DNA of 64,000 nucleotides from IMG/VR virus record IMGVR_UViG_3300030329_002891; one strand, written 5' to 3'. The DNA is from an uncultured virus (IMG/VR IMGVR_UViG_3300030329_002891). Its lineage: Duplodnaviria > Heunggongvirae > Uroviricota > Caudoviricetes. Shown here piece after piece: positions 17,343 to 25,490 of this stretch. A model generated the notes under the pieces. The model ran no database searches, had not been told where the DNA came from, and saw nothing but the letters and a program-made list of their open reading frames with translations. Within the stretch, counting starts at the first letter, position 1, and every line of letters starts with the position of its first letter. Made by a program: the position numbers and the translations under genes.

Positions 17343-17688
17343 GATATTTATATTTTAGTTAATAATTAATTTATCTATTATTAATTGTAAATATTAAACA
17401 GCTAAATATATTACTGATATTAATTAAGAGAAAAAAACAGCAGAAAGACTTGACTATGTCAAATAAAATGTATAACTTCGCCATCTATTAGAGATAACGA
17501 TAGTTAATCATCTAAATATATTAAAGTATTATTATATACTTATTATAAATGATAAATAAACAATAACTGATTGATTATCAATTACTTATGTTAATAACAA
17601 TAGTATTTATAGCTATTATAGAGTGATTATAAGGGTTTATAGACTATATCATATTCACACTTCAATACGCATATTTTGTATCTAATTG

Positions 17689-17717
17689 AAAAAAAGAGAG
17701 AACTAATTGCTCTCTTT
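17689..17717 (-). terminator. Rho-independent terminator
   Basis: AAAGAGAG/CTCTCTTT stem with a U-tract on the minus strand. Confidence 0.5.
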
Positions 17718-17870
17718 CTTATACTTAGGAATGCGTTTTTCTATTTCTTCAGCAGTAGCAGGACTATGTTTCTTAATCCATACCCACACAGCAACGATTA
17801 GAACAGCAAAGAGTATAAGCTTTGCACAAGATAGTGCTATGATTAAGCACCAGATTAAAAAGTCTCCCAT
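17703..17870 (-). CDS. Small membrane protein (55 aa, not in ORF track); first gene of the early arm
   Basis: MGDFLIWCLIIALSCAKLILFAVLIVAVWVWIKKHSPATAEEIEKRIPKYKKESN. Confidence 0.6.
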   Translation of the reverse strand: MGDFLIWCLIIALSCAKLILFAVLIVAVWVWIKKHSPATAEEIEKRIPKYKKESN

Positions 17871-17900
17871 TATTATATATGTTTTGATTAATACTGATAG

Positions 17901-17910
17901 TAATAGTAAA
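17901..17910 (-). promoter_or_regulatory. Early-arm motif TTTACWATTA (first of 8 copies); candidate virion-RNAP promoter
   Basis: Plus-strand TAATWGTAAA at 17901, 17382, 17026, 16744, 15631, 14918 and 14261, plus a one-mismatch copy at 10810. Confidence 0.55.
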
Positions 17911-18008
17911 TCAGAAATTAAGGGTAGGGTGTCAAAAGTTTTGAAATGGGGAGGGGGATTTAAGCATAAAGTATCACTCCCTCACAAAAAAAAATAAAAA
18001 AAAATTTA

Positions 18009-18016
18009 TATCTTTG
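18009..18016 (+). promoter_or_regulatory. TAnnTTTG host-type promoter box starting the virion arm
   Basis: TATCTTTG; the same box occurs at 24338, 28223, 31021, 42533 and 60103, each before a plus-strand gene. Confidence 0.65.
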
Positions 18017-18044
18017 TATTTACTAATCATTTAAATATTTTCAT

Positions 18045-18530
18045 ATGTATACAGGTAACGATCCAGCAGCTCCACCAACAAGACAAGTCACAGGAAATAT
18101 AAATGCTATGCCCTATTTTTGGGAAGATCCAGCAAATACCACTTCTAACCCTATAGCTTTACGTAATCCTTCAGCTATGCCAAGTATCTTTGGTGGTTCA
18201 TTTGGAGGAGGAGGTGGTTCTGGAACTATGGATCCCTATATGTCAGATCTAATGGGATTAAGAGGTACTGGAGGAACAGGAGGAGGTTCTGAACAAACAG
18301 AAGGTAATATGGATGCTAATGATCTTATCTCTCTTAGTGAGTTTTTAGGAGAGAATGTTACGTCTTTTGCATATGGGGGTAAGATGAAAAATCCTTATCA
18401 GTATAGTCATGGTGGTAAAATGAGTAATATGATGAATCAATTAGCAGCGTTAAGCCAAATTAATAAAGTGGCTAAAGCCGCATACGGAATGAAAATGAAG
18501 AAAAAGTACACGCAAGGTGGTAGATTCTAA
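18045..18530 (+). CDS. Gly/Met-rich protein with repeated [FY]xxGG motifs, probably a virion cargo protein
   Basis: FAYGGKM, YSHGGKM, AAYGMKM, YTQGGRF. Confidence 0.55.
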   Translation: MYTGNDPAAPPTRQVTGNINAMPYFWEDPANTTSNPIALRNPSAMPSIFGGSFGGGGGSGTMDPYMSDLMGLRGTGGTGGGSEQTEGNMDANDLISLSEFLGENVTSFAYGGKMKNPYQYSHGGKMSNMMNQLAALSQINKVAKAAYGMKMKKKYTQGGRF

Positions 18531-19180
18531 TGATAACAGATTTAAACGACTTATTACAGCTTGTTATACAAGACAAGGGAGGAACTCCAGAGCAATATAA
18601 TAACTTAATGGATACAATTGCGTATCATGAAACTGGTGCGCTGCAAAGAATGAATCCTAGAGCCGTACAAGACGAAGGAGGTCCTGGTAGAGGACTGTTT
18701 ATGTTTGAAGAAGGTTATGAAAAAGGAGGAAATACTGCTGTTAATCGTACACACAAATACTTACAAACTGTAGGTGCTGAAATTCCTCAATGGTTAAACG
18801 ATATATGGGAAGGTAAAAAAAGCGTAGACGCATCTAAACTTTCACCTGAAAAACAAAGAATGTTATTCTTAGGTAACTATATGCAGCATCCAGAAGCCAA
18901 TCTTGCTGATGTAATATCTGGAGGTATGAGCACTAAAGAGTTTTGGGCTAATTATCATTGGGCTGGTAAACAAGATGATCTAGAAGCTAGAATGAAAAGT
19001 TTTGACGAAAGCCTAGCTGATATAAGAAAAAAGAATAACAATGATATAGCTCCTTTTGTTTATACTCCAGCTCCTATGACCTATACAAAACAAAAAGAAG
19101 AATTTGATCCTACGACTATATGGGACAATATATTTGGACAAAATAAATCATCAATAGTAGATAATATAGTAAAAGAATGA
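18530..19180 (+). CDS. Putative lysozyme-fold peptidoglycan hydrolase
   Basis: IAYHET (candidate catalytic Glu)...GPGRGLFMF...LSPEKQ. Confidence 0.45.
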   Translation: MITDLNDLLQLVIQDKGGTPEQYNNLMDTIAYHETGALQRMNPRAVQDEGGPGRGLFMFEEGYEKGGNTAVNRTHKYLQTVGAEIPQWLNDIWEGKKSVDASKLSPEKQRMLFLGNYMQHPEANLADVISGGMSTKEFWANYHWAGKQDDLEARMKSFDESLADIRKKNNNDIAPFVYTPAPMTYTKQKEEFDPTTIWDNIFGQNKSSIVDNIVKE

Positions 19181-19449
19181 GAGGAATAGAAAGAGAATTA
19201 GGAAAGGTATACGAAATAGATGGATATTACTTTCTTGAAAAGGTATACCAAGATCTTGCCGATTTAATGTCAGAAGAGCGAGAAATTAGAAATAAGGCAA
19301 TTGAAAATGGTTTTGTTGTGCATGACTATAATTGGAGTATAAAAAACAATCCTACATGCCTTATAGAGAGTATTGTGTATGACGGGGACAAAAGCAAGTA
19401 TAACGAAAATATATTTGTTTTTAAAATGAAACTAGAATATATGAAGTAA
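19177..19449 (+). CDS. Hypothetical protein
   Basis: 90-aa ORF, coupled on both sides. Confidence 0.6.
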   Translation: MRGIERELGKVYEIDGYYFLEKVYQDLADLMSEEREIRNKAIENGFVVHDYNWSIKNNPTCLIESIVYDGDKSKYNENIFVFKMKLEYMK

Positions 19450-19979
19450 TGTACTTGTTAAATTTAAACAGAAAGGGAGATGTGTTTAAGGATGATGACG
19501 GAGTAACAGCAGTTCCTGAATTTCTTACACTCATTAAGAAAGAAAAATTCGGGCCTACGGCCCTCAAATGGGTTGCGTTAGTCTATGACTACGAAAGCCC
19601 ATATAGACACTACAGTGAAAATGAGAGAGTTAAGGCTGTTTCAAAAGACCTGTATGATACTTATAACTGGAAGGGAGCTAAAGATGCAACACTAAAGGCT
19701 GCTTGTGATAAGTATAATGAATTACAATTTGATCCTTTAGATGAGCAGCTAATAGCTTTTAATAAGAAAATTAATCAATTTACTTCTCTTATTGATAGCA
19801 TGCATCTTGATGAAGAGAATGCTGAGCTGTTACAAAAGCTTATGATAGGGGTAGAAAAGATATTAAAGACAAGACAATCATTACTTGACGCTATAGACAG
19901 AAGAGGGGAAAGACAAAAGATAGCTGGAGATAAAGGCTTATCATTTTTAGAAAGAAGAAAAGAAATTAAAGAAATGTAA
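19449..19979 (+). CDS. Conserved crAss-like protein upstream of TerL; possible terminase small subunit
   Basis: Helical protein with YDYESPY motif, positioned before TerL. Confidence 0.5.
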   Translation: MYLLNLNRKGDVFKDDDGVTAVPEFLTLIKKEKFGPTALKWVALVYDYESPYRHYSENERVKAVSKDLYDTYNWKGAKDATLKAACDKYNELQFDPLDEQLIAFNKKINQFTSLIDSMHLDEENAELLQKLMIGVEKILKTRQSLLDAIDRRGERQKIAGDKGLSFLERRKEIKEM

Positions 19980-19980
19980 T

Positions 19981-20199
19981 TTGGCTAAGAAATTTAAATA
20001 TGATTTAGAATATCTCTATAATTCTTACAAAAAGAATTACAATAGAGGTAAAATGGAAAAAGCTGAACTATATAATAATATGTCAGTAAAATTACATGGA
20101 GTTGATTTAAATGTTATATATCATGATAAGTTAAGCAAACAGGAAGATAGGCTTGGTCCTTTTGGTATAGGGAAAGTAAAGAAGATTAAGTATGGGTAA
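19981..20199 (+). CDS. Hypothetical protein (TTG start)
   Basis: Fills the gap and overlaps the TerL start. Confidence 0.45.
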   Translation: MAKKFKYDLEYLYNSYKKNYNRGKMEKAELYNNMSVKLHGVDLNVIYHDKLSKQEDRLGPFGIGKVKKIKYG

Positions 20200-22006
20200 G
20201 ATAAAGTTTGATCCACAAAAATATCGTCCTATACCTAATAATGGTCATCCTGAATTAAATGCTGATTCTGTAGCATATCAAGAATATTGGGCAAGAGAAA
20301 CTGAAAGATGTATCAATGGGTTTAAGCCTAAAGGTATGAAAAAGATTTCTGGTAAGTATTATTTTTATTTAAATTATTATAAGATATTAGGTAATGATGG
20401 AACTTCAGGTAATCGTAAAACCTTAATACATCCCTGGTACAGAACAATGGATCATGAATATTTTGATACTATAGAAATCTGTAAAGAAGAAGGAAAAGGT
20501 ATGATTGTTATTAAAGCCAGAGATAAAGGGTTTTCTTATATGAACTCTGGTGCGGTAGCACATGAGTACACATTTTTTCCGTTTAACGATGTAGGCGTTG
20601 CGGCGGGATTACAAGCAACAGCAGATGCTTTCTTTGATAAAACCAAAAAAGGTCTTAACGGTATACATCCTAACTTTAAACATTCTGTTTTAAAAGATAC
20701 TGATGGTATAATGAGATCAGGATATAAGCAAAAAAATAAAGATGGCAAGTGGGAGATAGGAGGCTATCAATCTACTATAATTTGTAGAACGATGGATAAT
20801 CCAGAAGTATTTAAAGGTGAAAGGGTTTCTCTTATGGTCTTTGAAGAAGCAGGGGAATTTAAAAAACTTAAGAATGCATATATGTCATCAAAAGCATGTT
20901 TTATGGACGGGGACATACAATTTGGAGTGCCTATTGTCGGAGGAACAGGGGGAGATATATCTAAAGCTTCAAAAGATTTTATGGATATGTATTACAGTCA
21001 TGATGCTTATAATTTAATACCTGTATTTATTCCAGCATCAAAAGCATACTATGGATTTTTTAATATAACAACAGGAGAAGAAGATGAGGTTGGAGCAAGA
21101 GAAAAACTTATAGCAGATAGAGAAGATATACAAAAATCTGGAGATAATGAAGCGTATAACCTACATATACAAAACTATCCATTAACTATAGAGGAGGCAT
21201 TCTTAAACACTCACTCAGCAAGATTTGATATATCTTTACTTAACGCTCAACGATCAAGAATACTATCTAGTAAGGATTTTAGAAGTCAAATACAAAGAGG
21301 TTATTTAGATTGGGAGCTAGGAAAAGACGAGCCAACAGTTAGATGGAAACCACACCCGCAAGGACCTTATAAAATACTAGCTCATCCAGAGTTAGAATAT
21401 AAAAATTTAGACATAGGGGGCATTGATTCTTATGATCAAGATGAAGCTGGAGCGTCAGATTCTTTGGGTAGTGCAATAATTTATCGTAGATTTGCAAATA
21501 CCGACATGCCAAGCGATTACGTGGTTGCTGAATATACAGATCGTCCTAAGAAAAAAGAAGATTTTTGGGATGGTTGTTTAAAGCTAGCAGTATACTATGG
21601 CGCTAAGATGTTAGTAGAATATACAAAGATAGGTATTTTAGACTACTTTAAACGTATGAATGCTTTAAAGTATTTAAAGGAAAAACCAGAGTCTGCACAC
21701 AACCCTGGTACAAAAACTAGAAATAGGTATGGTGTGCATATGAATAAGCAAGTAAAAGCTTTATTAGAAGATCTTATTGATGATTATCTAAGAGAAAGCG
21801 TACAGGATATTTGGTTTATTGACCTTATAGACGAACTTGCTAATTATGGATTACAAAATACTGACCGCGCTATGGCGTTTGGCCTTTGTTTAATTCATAA
21901 TATAGATAATTATAGAATGCAAGCATCTATAAAAGAAGAGATTTTAGATATAGGATTTAAATATTATAAAATGGGTTATAACGGAACCCCAATACAAATA
22001 AATTAA
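20192..22006 (+). CDS. terL: Terminase large subunit
   Basis: YYFYLNY, Walker A KARDKGFS, Walker B MVFEEAG, GGTGG, nuclease motifs GIDSYD and NTDRAMA. Confidence 0.93.
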   Translation: MGKIKFDPQKYRPIPNNGHPELNADSVAYQEYWARETERCINGFKPKGMKKISGKYYFYLNYYKILGNDGTSGNRKTLIHPWYRTMDHEYFDTIEICKEEGKGMIVIKARDKGFSYMNSGAVAHEYTFFPFNDVGVAAGLQATADAFFDKTKKGLNGIHPNFKHSVLKDTDGIMRSGYKQKNKDGKWEIGGYQSTIICRTMDNPEVFKGERVSLMVFEEAGEFKKLKNAYMSSKACFMDGDIQFGVPIVGGTGGDISKASKDFMDMYYSHDAYNLIPVFIPASKAYYGFFNITTGEEDEVGAREKLIADREDIQKSGDNEAYNLHIQNYPLTIEEAFLNTHSARFDISLLNAQRSRILSSKDFRSQIQRGYLDWELGKDEPTVRWKPHPQGPYKILAHPELEYKNLDIGGIDSYDQDEAGASDSLGSAIIYRRFANTDMPSDYVVAEYTDRPKKKEDFWDGCLKLAVYYGAKMLVEYTKIGILDYFKRMNALKYLKEKPESAHNPGTKTRNRYGVHMNKQVKALLEDLIDDYLRESVQDIWFIDLIDELANYGLQNTDRAMAFGLCLIHNIDNYRMQASIKEEILDIGFKYYKMGYNGTPIQIN

Positions 22007-22010
22007 AATT

Positions 22011-24326
22011 ATGGAGAATACTTATTCATCAATGCCTTCAATGGTGATTTCAGAAAAAGAAAAGACACAAGAATGGTGTGAACAGGTTCTTAAGGCAATA
22101 ACAAGCTACATGGGAACTGGCGGAGGATCATATTACTCATCTAGAGTAAAAGACATAAGAAATTATCAAATATACAACGGAGTGCTAAGTCAATCTGATT
22201 ATACATACATTACAGAGCAGTATGGATTAACTTATCCAGCTAGACTTGTAAACTATCCTATTATAACTCCTAAAATAGATTTATTGCTTGGAGAAGAATT
22301 GCGTAGACCTATGGATATGAAAGTAACTACAGTAAATAAGGACGCTGTAATAAGAAAACACGATCACAAAGTAGGATTAATAATGCGACAGTTGCTTGGA
22401 GATTTTCACAAGGAGATTCAAGAAACAATGAATGTTGATGTACTACAGGAAGGAGAAGGTATGCCTATTCCAGAAGATATAGAAACCTATATGAAGTATA
22501 ACTATCGTGAAATGATAGAAGAAACAGCTCAAGATGGTTTAGAGTATATATCTAACAGATACAATCTTAAGGATATATTTAAAGAAGGTTTTAGAGATTT
22601 ACTTGTAACAGCAAAAGAATTTTATAAGGTAAATATCCAAAACGGAGATCCTTATGTAAGAAGAATAGATCCTAGAAACTTAGTCTTTGACGATTCTTTT
22701 CATTCTGATTATTTAGATGACGCTTCTTGGGTAGGAGAAGAGAGATGGATGTCTGTAAATGAAATTAATGATGAGTATAAAGACGGCTTAACTACAGAAG
22801 ACTTAATGGAGCTTGACAAAATGAGAAATTTATATAAAGGTTCTGATTTAAATAATTATAATAGCAGTTTTGAATGGATAGATGTAGGTCATGGTAAAGA
22901 AACGCGCGTGCGCGTAGTATCAGCAGAATGGAAATCGTTAAGAGCTATGAAGTTTAAATTATCTGAAAATAAATACGATCCATCAAGACCATTTAGAAAA
23001 ATGGTAAAAGATACTTATAGAAAAAGAAAAGGAGAAACTGTAGAAACTAAATGGGTAGATGATATTTGGGAAGCTACTATGATAGGGGGAAAGATATTGG
23101 TAAATGCAAGAAGAAGAGATAATCAAGTAAGAAGTGTAGATGATCCTGGCAAAACTCCATTGTCTTATGTTGGGTGTATAAAAGGACATACTACATCAAA
23201 TCCTGTGTCTTTAGTAGATTTATTAGATAATATACAAATGCTTTACAATATTGTGGTTTATCAAATAGAACTTGCAATGGCTCGTTCAGGAGGTAAGGCG
23301 GTTGTGTATGACGTATCACAGCTACCTACTAATGTTGGTATGGATATGCAGCAAGTATTATATCACTTAAAAACTGATGGTATTATACCTATTAACTCAA
23401 AAGATGAAGGTAATCAAATGCAAACTTTTAATCAATTCCAACAAATTGATTTTACATTATCTCAATCTGTACAGCAATTAATAAATCTTAAAGTAATGCT
23501 TGAAGAAATGGCTGGTCAAATTTCAGGTGTTACAAAACAAAGAGAAGGAGCTGTAGGAGAATATGAGTATGTAGGAAATGTACAAAGAAGTGTAGTGCAG
23601 TCATCTACTATAACAGAAAGTTGGTTCTATACTCACGGAGAAGTAAAGCAAAGAGTTTTACAAAGATTGTGTAATTTAATGAAAGTAGCTTGGGCTGGAG
23701 GAAAAAAGGCAGGAATGATTCTTGGAGACGGAGCTTATAAGTTTTTAAATGTAATGCCTGATATTGCTCTGCAAGATTTTGGAATTTACGTAGGAGATAG
23801 TGGTAAAGACGATTCAATGAAGCAGGTAGTACAACAATTAGCTCAAGCGTCTTTACAAGCTGGAACTATAGATCTTCTTGGTGTTATTAAAGTGCTTAAG
23901 GCTGATACCATGACAGAAGCTGAAAAAGTTTTAGAACAAGCTATGTCTGAAGTTCAAAAACAACAACAACAATCTATGGAAGAGCAAATGCAAGCTCAAC
24001 AAGCTGCCGCACAAGCAGAGCAAGCTAAGTTTGAAGCAGAAGCTCAGCTTAAACAAATGGACAACGAAGCTAAAATACAGGTTGCTCAAATTGGCGCAGA
24101 ATCTAGACTGGAGGTTGCTAGAATACAAGCTGATGTTGATAGAGATTTGCACGATACTAAAGAGAGAAATGAAATGGATAAAAAAGCGGCTGACTATTAT
24201 ATAGAAAGAAAAAATAAAGAAGATGATGATGAAAGAGAGGATACAAAAGAAGCTGAAAACAGGTCTAGAACCTCTGGAACATCAACAACTTCAGACGATC
24301 TTAAAAAAGCTGCGCAAAAAATATAA
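22011..24326 (+). CDS. Portal protein
   Basis: Follows TerL; NYPIITPKIDLLLGEE, WVDDIWEA, ISGVTKQREG; Gln-rich helical C-terminus as in crAss-like portals. Confidence 0.88.
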   Translation: MENTYSSMPSMVISEKEKTQEWCEQVLKAITSYMGTGGGSYYSSRVKDIRNYQIYNGVLSQSDYTYITEQYGLTYPARLVNYPIITPKIDLLLGEELRRPMDMKVTTVNKDAVIRKHDHKVGLIMRQLLGDFHKEIQETMNVDVLQEGEGMPIPEDIETYMKYNYREMIEETAQDGLEYISNRYNLKDIFKEGFRDLLVTAKEFYKVNIQNGDPYVRRIDPRNLVFDDSFHSDYLDDASWVGEERWMSVNEINDEYKDGLTTEDLMELDKMRNLYKGSDLNNYNSSFEWIDVGHGKETRVRVVSAEWKSLRAMKFKLSENKYDPSRPFRKMVKDTYRKRKGETVETKWVDDIWEATMIGGKILVNARRRDNQVRSVDDPGKTPLSYVGCIKGHTTSNPVSLVDLLDNIQMLYNIVVYQIELAMARSGGKAVVYDVSQLPTNVGMDMQQVLYHLKTDGIIPINSKDEGNQMQTFNQFQQIDFTLSQSVQQLINLKVMLEEMAGQISGVTKQREGAVGEYEYVGNVQRSVVQSSTITESWFYTHGEVKQRVLQRLCNLMKVAWAGGKKAGMILGDGAYKFLNVMPDIALQDFGIYVGDSGKDDSMKQVVQQLAQASLQAGTIDLLGVIKVLKADTMTEAEKVLEQAMSEVQKQQQQSMEEQMQAQQAAAQAEQAKFEAEAQLKQMDNEAKIQVAQIGAESRLEVARIQADVDRDLHDTKERNEMDKKAADYYIERKNKEDDDEREDTKEAENRSRTSGTSTTSDDLKKAAQKI

Positions 24327-24375
24327 TAAATAATTTGTATATTTGCAAATAGGGAAATAACTTAAAATAAATAAC

Positions 24376-25404
24376 ATGGCAGAAGAATCAAAATTAGTAG
24401 ACGAGGTTGTAGAATCAGCTGAGTCTAAAGAAGTAAAAAATGAGTTTAATCCATTAGCGTTTAATGCTGATGAAAATACTTATGGAGAAACAGAAGAGAA
24501 AACAGAAGAAGCAACTGAAGATGTAAAAGAAGAAACAAAAGAAGAACCAACTGAAGAAGTAGAAACTAAAGAAGAAGAAAAAGAACAAGAGGATGGTTGG
24601 GCTTGGGATTCTGTAGAAACAGAAACAGAGTCAAAAGAAGAAGATGATTATAACTGGGAGGGGACTGAAGAAAAAACTGAAGAAGCTCCAACACAAGAAG
24701 AGGCATTAACCTGGGCTAAAGTTGGAAAAGAATTAGGTATTGAAATTAACTCTAAAGAAGAGTTTATGAATACTTTAAATTCTTACGCACAACAATTACA
24801 AGGGCAACAATCTTCAGATAATAGCCAAACCGCAGAATTAAGAAGCTATTTAAAATACAATGATAGAGATTTAGTGGCGGAAGAATTAAAAGCTGATGGT
24901 ATTGAAGCTTCAGAAATAGAAGAGTCTTTAGATAAGTTAGAAGATTCTGGAATGTTAAAGATGAAGGCTAAAAGCATTAGAAGAACAATTAATAATGCTA
25001 TTGATCAGCAAACTGATGCGGCTAAAAATAAAGCAGCACAGGAGGATGCACAAAGAAAGAAAACTGCGGAGCAAGCAAAAGAACAATTAAAAAACGAAAT
25101 CAAAAACATGAATGAGTTCATGGGCGGGAAAGTAACAAAAAAACAGAAAGAAGAAGTATATCGTTATGCTACAAACAATATGATGAAGGACATTTACGCA
25201 AGTCATGCCAATGTTGCTGACGTTGCAATGTTTATGTTATATCGTAAGCAGATAGAAAAAATTCTTCGTTCTCAAGGATTGGAAGACGGCAAAGCCGCTA
25301 TCATGGATAGCATAGTGTCCCCAAACCTTAACAATGGAAAAGGCAAATCTAACTTCAAAGTGAAGACAGGTAAGTTTGATCCAAAAGCGTTCATGAGCGA
25401 GTAA
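24376..25404 (+). CDS. Acidic head-assembly (scaffold-like) protein
   Basis: Glu-rich N-terminus, helical C-terminus, lies between portal and capsid genes. Confidence 0.6.
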   Translation: MAEESKLVDEVVESAESKEVKNEFNPLAFNADENTYGETEEKTEEATEDVKEETKEEPTEEVETKEEEKEQEDGWAWDSVETETESKEEDDYNWEGTEEKTEEAPTQEEALTWAKVGKELGIEINSKEEFMNTLNSYAQQLQGQQSSDNSQTAELRSYLKYNDRDLVAEELKADGIEASEIEESLDKLEDSGMLKMKAKSIRRTINNAIDQQTDAAKNKAAQEDAQRKKTAEQAKEQLKNEIKNMNEFMGGKVTKKQKEEVYRYATNNMMKDIYASHANVADVAMFMLYRKQIEKILRSQGLEDGKAAIMDSIVSPNLNNGKGKSNFKVKTGKFDPKAFMSE

Positions 25405-25490
25405 GCTTAAAAAGTAAGACAAAGTCTGCTCATAGTTGAAAGTTAATTGAACAAAAGTAAAATAATGTTTAATTAATAAAATTTAAAAAA

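Noticed and set aside
17707..17997. Plus-strand 96-aa ORF
   Set aside because: TTG start, antisense to a better-supported 55-aa membrane ORF that has its own motif and terminator, and it runs through regulatory DNA.
14120..18040. tRNA genes in the structured intergenic regions
   Set aside because: No cloverleaf with a T-loop GTTCRA and acceptor stem was recognised by eye; tRNAscan-SE or ARAGORN would settle it.
8179..22006. Inteins or self-splicing introns in DnaB and TerL
   Set aside because: Both have normal length and contiguous motifs, and no homing endonuclease ORF was seen.
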